This document shows positions 1-7,388 of a stretch of 11,796 bases of DNA, piece after piece (within the stretch, counting starts at the first letter, position 1; every line of letters starts with the position of its first letter). This DNA comes from Candidatus Rokuibacteriota bacterium. Its GTDB lineage: Bacteria > Methylomirabilota > Methylomirabilia > Rokubacteriales > DASRDR01. The stretch covers positions 1 to 11,796 of the forward strand of contig JBIOTN010000084.1 of NCBI GenBank assembly GCA_044866005.1, in the 5' to 3' direction. Position numbers and translations under genes: made by a program. The notes beneath the pieces are model-generated. The model made no database searches and was not told the DNA's origin. It worked only from the letters and a program-made list of their open reading frames with translations.

Positions 1-49
1 CCCCCGAGGCCCCCCCTCGATTGCGCCGGCAAAGCCGGCGCTCGGAGCG
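1..49 (+). repeat. REP-like palindromic element, copy 1 (probably truncated by the window start)
   Basis: C-tract, then 8-bp stem GCGCCGGC(23-30)-AAA-GCCGGCGC(34-41), then TCGGAGCG. Its reverse complement aligns by hand to 11743-11792 at 40/50 columns. Confidence 0.75.
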
Positions 50-139
50 GAGCATCGTGAGCGTCGCGGTTGTGTGGACGCGAGGCGTGCCGGCGTCGCC
101 GCGGCCATCGACGCCGGCCGGCCCGCGCGAAACCCGCCG

Positions 140-871
140 ATGAGCGCGCCCCATCCGCCGCTGACGCGGCACTACGCGCGGGACGAAGACCGTCACGACT
201 TCGTGATGCGGCTCTTCGAGCGCACGGCGCCGCACTACGACCGCATCAACCGCTGGCTGTCGCTCGGCTTCGGGCGGCTCTACCGGCGCTTCGCGCTCCA
301 GCGCTCGGGGCTGCGCCCCGGGCTCACGGTGCTGGACGTCGCCACCGGCACGGGCCTGGTGGCGCGGGCCGCGCTCGACATCACCCGCGACCCGGCCGCC
401 GTGGTCGGCGTCGACCCCTGCGCGGCGATGCTGGCCGAGGCGCGTCGGGCCGTCCCGATCCGCCTCGTCCGCGGCCTCGCCGAGCGCCTGCCGTTTCGCG
501 ACGGCCGCTTCGATCTCGTCACCATGGGCTACGCGCTCCGCCACGTGCCGGATCTCGAAGTCGCCTTCGGCGAGTACCACCGCGTGCTCCGGCCGGGCGG
601 GCGGGTCCTCCTCCTCGAGATCTCGCGCCCGCCCCGTGGGCTCGCGGACTACCTCCTCCGGTGGTTCCTCGGCACGGTCATGCCGCTGGCGGCGCGGCTC
701 GCGACGCGCAGCGCCGACGGCGAGCGGCTCATGCGCTACTACTGGGAGACGATCGTCGCCTGCGTGCCGCCGGAGACGATCCTGGCCGATCTCGCGCGCG
801 CCGGGTTCGATGACGTCCACCGGCGGATGTACGGGCCGGTCCTGAGCGAGTACGAGGCCGTCAAGCGCTGA
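140..871 (+). CDS. Class I SAM-dependent methyltransferase, UbiE/MenG-like (243 aa)
   Basis: N-terminal LFERTAPHYDRINRWLSLG resembles the UbiE F-x-x-x-A-x-x-YD-x-x-N motif. Also has SAM motif I VLDVATGTG, AERLPFRDGRFDLVT, YALRHV and RVLRPGG. ATG at 140 is preferred over GTG at 74 because the extension is low-complexity Arg/Ala/Pro. Confidence 0.85.
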   Translation: MSAPHPPLTRHYARDEDRHDFVMRLFERTAPHYDRINRWLSLGFGRLYRRFALQRSGLRPGLTVLDVATGTGLVARAALDITRDPAAVVGVDPCAAMLAEARRAVPIRLVRGLAERLPFRDGRFDLVTMGYALRHVPDLEVAFGEYHRVLRPGGRVLLLEISRPPRGLADYLLRWFLGTVMPLAARLATRSADGERLMRYYWETIVACVPPETILADLARAGFDDVHRRMYGPVLSEYEAVKR

Positions 872-921
872 ATGCCCCCCGGCGCGGGACCGGGGCGCCG
901 GTCGGCGGGCGCGCGACGGCG

Positions 922-2778
922 CTACGCGACGACCGCGGGGTCCACGCGCATGACCACGTACCCCCCGACCGCGCCGGCGCCGAAGCCGGGGGCGAAGACG
1001 CGCATCGGACGGTTCAGCACGCCCTCGCCGACGGCGTCGTGAAGCGCGATCGGGATGCTCGCCGACGAGGTGTTCCCCACCCGGTCGATGTCGAAGTAGA
1101 GCCGCTCGGGCGCGATGCCCGCCGACCGCGCCAGGCTCACGACCATCGTCTTGTTGGCCTGGTGCGGGACGACGAGATCGATCGCGTCCATCAGCGACCC
1201 CCCGGCGCCCTCCGGGTGCGGCAGGTCGGTCAGCTCCTGGATCATCTGGACCAGGTAGCGCTTGACGAGCGCCTTCACCTCGGGCCCGAAGACCGTGATG
1301 TTGTTGTCGAACTCGGGGTTGGGCCAGATGATGGAGTCCACCTCGCTCATGGGGCCGCTGGCGTAGGTCTGGTAGAACTCGATGTCCGGCGGGGCGCCGA
1401 CCGCCGCGGGCCCGACGACGAGCGCGGCCGCCCCGTCGCCGAAGATCATCCGCGAGGTCCGCACGGTGCCGATCTTGTCCGAGAACTTCTCCCCGCACAC
1501 CACGAGCACGGGCCGCTCGACCTCCTGGAGCAGCCGGACCGCCTCGCCGAGGCCGTAGGGGAGGCCGGCGCAAGCCGCGATCACGTCGCACGAGGCGTGG
1601 GTCTGGAGCATCCCGAGCTGCCCCGAGAGCCAGGTCGCGACCGAGGGCATCACCTTCGTGCTGGTGCACGAGCAGAAGAGGACCGCCCCGATCTCCTCGG
1701 GCCGGCGCCCCGACTTCTCGAGCGCGCCCTGGACGGCGAGGAGCGACATGTGGTCGAGCGAGAGCTCCGTGTAGCAGCGCCGCTCGATCCCGGTCTTCTC
1801 CCGGATCTCGTCCGCGGTCATGGGCGACCAGCAGTAGGCGGCGTTCCGGATCAAGTCCTCGTTGGTGCAGGCGTGCTCGCCCTTGTACACGGAGATCGCC
1901 TCGAGCCGCGGCATCACGGCGAACCGCTTCCGGACGTCGATCGGCGGATAGGGCGCGATGGGAGGGCGCGGCGAGGCCGGGAGCGGCTTGCGCGCGTGGA
2001 CCCGCGGCCCACGCTTCACCCGCCGGATGAACTGCAGGACCTCGTTGCTGCGGGGGTGGAACACGACGACGAAGTCGTCGGGGTGGAGCTGGCCGACCTC
2101 GGTGAGGCGGGTCTTGGCCCGGTCCCAGCGATACTGGTTGTGCAGCACCATCGCCTGGCGCAGGAGCGCTTCGAGCTCGGGCACCGCGTGGGTGCACTCG
2201 ATGATGTCGTCGTAGCCATAGCCCGGATAGTCCGCGTCGTAGCTGAGGAGGTGGTAGGTGAGGTTCCGCGGGTCGGCGAGGATCTCCGAGACGGTCGGCT
2301 TGATGGCGGGCAGCTCGGCCCCCGCGCCCTTCTTGTGGCGGAACACGTCCATGAGGATGCGGAAGAGCTTCTGCTCCAGCCCGTCGTCCCAGGTGGGCGG
2401 GAGCGCGCGGTAGCCCGCCTCGATGGCGGCCGCCAGCCCGGCGCCGTCCCAGGGCGTGAAGACCGGCAGGAAGACGTCGTCGCGGTGGCGCGCCACGTCA
2501 CGCCAGCGCGTCGGCACTCGCTCGTACATCGTCATGGCGTAGCGGTTGACCCAGAAGAGGTTCAACGCCAGGTCCCGCAGGAGCTCGTAGCGCCGCTCGT
2601 AGCCGCGCGCCTCGGCCCGCGCCACGATGTCGGTCTCCGTGGGCGCCTTCTCCTCGAAGTCCCGCTTGATCACGGCCGCGAATTGCTCGAGCGTCTCGAA
2701 GACCGAGAAGTCGAGCTCGGGGAAGAAATTGAACGGGAACACCATGCGCCCGTAGCGATTGATGACGAACGGCTTCAT
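922..2778 (-). CDS. 3-oxoacyl-ACP synthase III (KAS III/FabH-like) condensing enzyme with a ~285-aa N-terminal extension (618 aa)
   Basis: C-terminal half carries KTGIERR, AACAG (Cys403, nt 1570-1572), FGDGAAA, VPHQAN (His539, nt 1162-1164), GNTSSAS (Asn569, nt 1072-1074) and GFGAG. The ATG at 2778 (MKPFVIN) is preceded by a GGGAG Shine-Dalgarno. The ORF-track extension to 3093 runs through promoter and repeat DNA. Confidence 0.88.
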   Translation of the reverse strand: MKPFVINRYGRMVFPFNFFPELDFSVFETLEQFAAVIKRDFEEKAPTETDIVARAEARGYERRYELLRDLALNLFWVNRYAMTMYERVPTRWRDVARHRDDVFLPVFTPWDGAGLAAAIEAGYRALPPTWDDGLEQKLFRILMDVFRHKKGAGAELPAIKPTVSEILADPRNLTYHLLSYDADYPGYGYDDIIECTHAVPELEALLRQAMVLHNQYRWDRAKTRLTEVGQLHPDDFVVVFHPRSNEVLQFIRRVKRGPRVHARKPLPASPRPPIAPYPPIDVRKRFAVMPRLEAISVYKGEHACTNEDLIRNAAYCWSPMTADEIREKTGIERRCYTELSLDHMSLLAVQGALEKSGRRPEEIGAVLFCSCTSTKVMPSVATWLSGQLGMLQTHASCDVIAACAGLPYGLGEAVRLLQEVERPVLVVCGEKFSDKIGTVRTSRMIFGDGAAALVVGPAAVGAPPDIEFYQTYASGPMSEVDSIIWPNPEFDNNITVFGPEVKALVKRYLVQMIQELTDLPHPEGAGGSLMDAIDLVVPHQANKTMVVSLARSAGIAPERLYFDIDRVGNTSSASIPIALHDAVGEGVLNRPMRVFAPGFGAGAVGGYVVMRVDPAVVA

Positions 2779-2845
2779 GCTTCGACTCCCCATCCGGATG
2801 TGAACGAGACCGGCGCCGTGGAACCGGCGCCGGCGATGTCTTTTC

Positions 2846-2874
2846 ACCATAGCCCCGTATGGGAGGCAAGGCAA
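2846..2874 (-). promoter_or_regulatory. Candidate sigma70-type promoter for the KAS III-like gene
   Basis: Minus strand reads TTGCCT(2874-2869)-N17-TATGGT(2851-2846)-GAAAAG. It sits in a locally AT-richer patch about 70 nt upstream of the ATG at 2778. Confidence 0.55.
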
Positions 2875-3052
2875 GCGCTCACGCGATCGTGTTCTCCCTC
2901 TGACGGCCGTCGGGCTCCCTTGCATCGGGCTACCGGTACCGCGCCACCGAAAGGAAGGAATCGGGATGGGCGTCGCCGCGCGCCGTCTCGAGCTGCCCTG
3001 TCGGCGTCGGCTCGCCGACGGTCTGCTCGCGGCCCTCGCCGTGCTGCTCGTC

Positions 3053-3078
3053 GCGGCGGCCGAAGCCGCCGCTCGGAG
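3053..3078 (+). repeat. REP-like palindromic element, copy 2 (core only)
   Basis: GCGGCGGC(3053-3060)-CGAA-GCCGCCGC(3065-3072)-TCGGAG. Same 8-bp stem frame and TCGGAG tail as copies 1 and 3. Reads as a cUUCGg tetraloop hairpin on the minus strand. Confidence 0.6.
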
Positions 3079-3138
3079 GGAAACGCCAGCCACGTCGCGG
3101 CTCGGCGGCAGGCTGCGCGCGCTTCCTCCGCGGAGCTG

Positions 3139-3894
3139 CTAGGCGATCCGGACGATCCCGGGCTCGACGACGGGGAACCGCGCGGCGACCGCCGGGTCGT
3201 GGCCCGCCACCACGAGCCCGCCCGGCCCGGCCAGCGCCTCGATGGTCTCGAAGCCGGCGAGCATCTCGGGGAGGTTCGTGACGATCTGCGCCGGCTGCCG
3301 CGCCTCCACGTTCCGGTAGAAGTGCGCGGCGTCCGAGGTGAGCACGACCGGGCCCCGGGCGGTCGCCACCGAGACGATCTGGAGCCCGGCCGTGTGGCCG
3401 CCCACCCGGTGGACGCGGAGCCCCGGCAGTACCTCGTGGTCGCCCTCCACCAGGCGGATGCGGCCGCCGTAGTTGAGCGTCACCAGCTCGCCGAGGGCCG
3501 GGGCGTTCGCCAGGAGCTGATAGACCGGGTAGCGCGCCACGGGGCCGGTCCAGAACGCCACCTCCTCCCGCTGGATCCAGAACTCCGCGGCCGGGAACAA
3601 GGCATGGCCCGCCCAGTGGTCCCAGTGGAGGTGCGTGACCAGCACCTGCGGAACGTCCGCCGCCCGGACGCCGGCGCGCTCGACCATCGCGGCCGGGCTC
3701 ACGTAGTTCCGGACCCCGCGGGCGCTCGCCTCCTCCGCCCGGCACCCGGCGTCCACGAGGACGGGATGCGGCCCGCCGCGGATCAGCCAGACGTAGTAAT
3801 GGAGCGTCAGCGGGTCGTGCGAGGCCTCGCGGTAGAAGAACTGGCACGCGGTCGTCTCTCGCTCGGCGTACTTGAGCGCGTAGACTTCGTACAC
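3139..3894 (-). CDS. Metallo-beta-lactamase-fold hydrolase, N-acyl-homoserine lactonase family (251 aa)
   Basis: HxHxDH motif (THLHWDH), VLVDAG, GGHTAG, SDAAH and GHD give a complete dinuclear metal ligand set. GTG start with GGGAGG SD. True substrate unknown. Confidence 0.85.
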   Translation of the reverse strand: MYEVYALKYAERETTACQFFYREASHDPLTLHYYVWLIRGGPHPVLVDAGCRAEEASARGVRNYVSPAAMVERAGVRAADVPQVLVTHLHWDHWAGHALFPAAEFWIQREEVAFWTGPVARYPVYQLLANAPALGELVTLNYGGRIRLVEGDHEVLPGLRVHRVGGHTAGLQIVSVATARGPVVLTSDAAHFYRNVEARQPAQIVTNLPEMLAGFETIEALAGPGGLVVAGHDPAVAARFPVVEPGIVRIA

Positions 3895-3970
3895 GGACTG
3901 GCCTCCCGTCTCGCGGTGCCGTGCCGGCGGCCGCCGCCGTCGCCTTCCCGTCGTCCTCCGGTGACGCGTC

Positions 3971-4441
3971 TCAGCCCCCCGCGCGCGCCAGCTCCGGGCC
4001 GATGACGCACGTCACCGTCCAGCCCGAGCCGTGCTTGGCGAAGCCGGCGATCGTCCCGGTCCCGAACCGGACGATCTCCCGGCCCGGGTCGCCGACGAGC
4101 AGGGCCGAGGCGACCCGGCCGAGGTGCGGGAGGTGCCCCACGAGCATCACCGGCTCGCCGGGCGCCTCGCACCCGGCCGCAGCGATCCACGGATCGTCGT
4201 CCGGCCGGAGCCCCGGGGTCTCCCGGACGGCGCGCGCCGCGCCCAGGTGCCCGGCCAGGATCTCCGCCGTCTGCCGGGCCCGGAGGAGACCCGAGTGGCG
4301 GATCTCCGCGACCCGGATCCCGAGCCCCGCGGCGAGCCGCCCCACTCGCTCGATCTCCTCCCGTCCGCGCGCGCTGAGCGGGCGGGTCGCGTCCGTCGCC
4401 TCCGCCACCGCGTCGCCGTGCCGCGCCAGGTAGACCTGCAT
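3971..4441 (-). CDS. sixA: Phosphohistidine phosphatase SixA (156 aa)
   Basis: MQVYLARHGDA (RHG motif), RPLSARG, HSGLLRARQTA, GLRPDDDP and MLVGHLP, with typical SixA length. The ATG at 4441 lies 8 nt after the permease stop. The upstream part of ORF 3971..5119 is a shadow frame. Confidence 0.9.
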   Translation of the reverse strand: MQVYLARHGDAVAEATDATRPLSARGREEIERVGRLAAGLGIRVAEIRHSGLLRARQTAEILAGHLGAARAVRETPGLRPDDDPWIAAAGCEAPGEPVMLVGHLPHLGRVASALLVGDPGREIVRFGTGTIAGFAKHGSGWTVTCVIGPELARAGG

Positions 4442-4449
4442 GGCGTGCC

Positions 4450-5265
4450 CTACCGGCGGTCGAGGCGGAAGACCATCTGGGTCGGCCGCACGAACCGCAA
4501 GGCGACGAGCAGGATGGCGAGGACGATCGCCATGTAGATGACGGCCATCGCGTCCACCGAGTAGATGGGCCGCATCCCCGCGGCGAAGACCGCGTAGTAG
4601 AGCGCGACCACGAGGGTCTGCGAGCCTGCGCCCGAGAGGAGGAACGTCAGCTCGAAGTTCGCCACCGTGTTCACCAGGACCAGGAGGCCCGCCGTGAGGA
4701 GCCCCGGCATCGCCAGCGGCAGGACGACTCGCATGAGGACCTGCCGGCGGCGGGCGCCGTGGACGCGGGCCGCCCACTCCAGGCTCACGCTGATCTGCTC
4801 GAAGAACGGCAGGAGCACGAAGACCGCGAGCGGCAGCATGGGCACCAGGTTCGCGAGGATCACGCCGTAGATCGTGCCGCCGATCCGGTAGCGGTAGAGC
4901 GTCGTCGCGAGCGGGATCCCGTAGGTCATCTGCGGGATCAGGAGCGGCAGGAAGTAGAGGAGGAGGAGCGCGCCCTTCCCCGGAAAGTCGCGCCGCGCGA
5001 TCAGGTAGGCCGCCGGAAAGCCGAGAAGGAGCGCCAGCGCGGTCACGGTCAGCGCCACGGTCACCGTCACGCCCAGGACCTGAGGCAGCTGGAACTCGCC
5101 CCACGCGTAGGCGTACCACTCGGTCGTCCAGGCCGGCGGAAACGGCGTGGCGAACCAGCGCTTGGCGACCGAGGAGACGGCCACGTGGCCGACGATCCCC
5201 ACGAGGTTCAGGACGAACCCCAGGACGAAGAGGAAGACGGCGAGGCGCCAGGCGCCGCCGCGCAT
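4450..5265 (-). CDS. ABC transporter permease, PotC-like (271 aa)
   Basis: About six hydrophobic segments. EAA-loop variant ISVSLEWAARVHGA followed by VVLPLAMPG. Starts 1 nt after the upstream permease stop. Confidence 0.9.
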   Translation of the reverse strand: MRGGAWRLAVFLFVLGFVLNLVGIVGHVAVSSVAKRWFATPFPPAWTTEWYAYAWGEFQLPQVLGVTVTVALTVTALALLLGFPAAYLIARRDFPGKGALLLLYFLPLLIPQMTYGIPLATTLYRYRIGGTIYGVILANLVPMLPLAVFVLLPFFEQISVSLEWAARVHGARRRQVLMRVVLPLAMPGLLTAGLLVLVNTVANFELTFLLSGAGSQTLVVALYYAVFAAGMRPIYSVDAMAVIYMAIVLAILLVALRFVRPTQMVFRLDRR

Positions 5266-5266
5266 G

Positions 5267-6184
5267 TCAGCGCTTCCCCGCGCCCATGGTCGCGACGCCC
5301 GTCGCCGCGAGGCGGCCGCGGAGGAGGAGGACCGCGGCGAGCCCGAGGAGCTGGCAGACGCCCATCACCACCGCGATCGCCGAGGCCATCGACATGTCGT
5401 AGTGCTCGAAGGCCTGCTGGTAGGCGGCGATGGCGATGGTCCGCGTGGCGCCCGCCGGCTGGCCGACCAGGACCGCCGAGGGGAAGACCCCGAAGTTCAT
5501 CACGAAGACGAGGGCGAAGGCGATCGCCACGCCCGGCGCGACGAGCGGCCACATGACGCGGCGGAAGACGGCCCAGGGGCCGGCCCCCAGGACCCGCGCC
5601 GAGTGCTCGAGCGCGGGGTCGATCCCGGAGAGGTAGCCGAGCAGCATGAGGAAGCAGAAGGGGAAATGCTGGACGAACAGGGCGAGCATGACGCCCGTGT
5701 AGTTGTGGGTCAGCCGGACGGGATCGGCGATCCCGGCGCCGAGCAGGAGCTGGTTCAGCCACCCCTTCGGGCCGTAGAAGCCGTTGATGCCCTCGGCCAC
5801 GAGCACGGTGCCGAGGGCGATGGGCAGGACCAGCAGCGTCGTGACCGTCCGCTCGAGCCAGATGCCGCGCCGCATGGCATAGGCGACGACGAGCGCGAGC
5901 CCGACCGTCAGGACCGTGTTCGGCACGGCGAGGGAGGCGGTCACCCAGATCGTCCGGAGCTGCCACGGGTCGAGGAGGAACGCGAGGTAGTTGGCGAGCG
6001 AGAGCGCGGTCCCACTCTTGGCCGGCCGCAGCGAGAGGAGCACGCCGTAGAAGAAGGGGTAGACGAACATCACGGCGAGGTAGAGGACGGACGGAACGAG
6101 CAGGAGCAGGCCCGCCGCCTGCCGCGAGCCCAGCGCCGCGGCGCGCGAGGCGGGGCCGGCGACCGCCGCGGCCGGCCGGCTCAT
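5267..6184 (-). CDS. ABC transporter permease, PotB/CysT-like (305 aa)
   Basis: Multiple TM segments, GPKGWLNQLL, and EAA-loop variant IDPALEHSARVLGAG followed by VMWPLVAPG. ATG at 6184 is preferred to TTG at 6232; exact start is uncertain. Confidence 0.88.
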   Translation of the reverse strand: MSRPAAAVAGPASRAAALGSRQAAGLLLLVPSVLYLAVMFVYPFFYGVLLSLRPAKSGTALSLANYLAFLLDPWQLRTIWVTASLAVPNTVLTVGLALVVAYAMRRGIWLERTVTTLLVLPIALGTVLVAEGINGFYGPKGWLNQLLLGAGIADPVRLTHNYTGVMLALFVQHFPFCFLMLLGYLSGIDPALEHSARVLGAGPWAVFRRVMWPLVAPGVAIAFALVFVMNFGVFPSAVLVGQPAGATRTIAIAAYQQAFEHYDMSMASAIAVVMGVCQLLGLAAVLLLRGRLAATGVATMGAGKR

Positions 6185-6278
6185 CTCTTTCGGGCCTGCC
6201 GCCCCCCGCTGGGTCGGGCCTGCAAAATCCAAGACAAGCGACGCCGAAACGGGGTGACGGGCGACTGGCCGGGCTGGC

Positions 6279-7367
<1,089 letters not shown>

Positions 7368-7388
7368 CCCGTGGGCTCGGCCGTGGGC

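Noticed and set aside
872..921. Possible bidirectional terminator between the convergent genes (GACCGG/CCGGTC, 888-903)
   Set aside because: Only a 6-bp stem with no U-tract, which is expected by chance at this GC content.
2779..3093. 105-aa in-frame N-terminal extension of the KAS III-like ORF
   Set aside because: Low complexity, and it overlaps the candidate promoter and REP-like hairpin. A good SD precedes ATG 2778.
1039..4005. 988-aa + strand ORF
   Set aside because: In-register antisense shadow of the KAS III-like and lactonase genes. High GC3 suppresses stop codons, and the product has no motifs.
4442..5119. Apparent long N-terminal fusion on SixA (similar extensions on ORFs ending at 8459, 9819 and 11319)
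   Set aside because: These are alternative-frame or intergenic read-through. Internal ATGs are supported by an SD, by stop-start coupling or by the position of family motifs.
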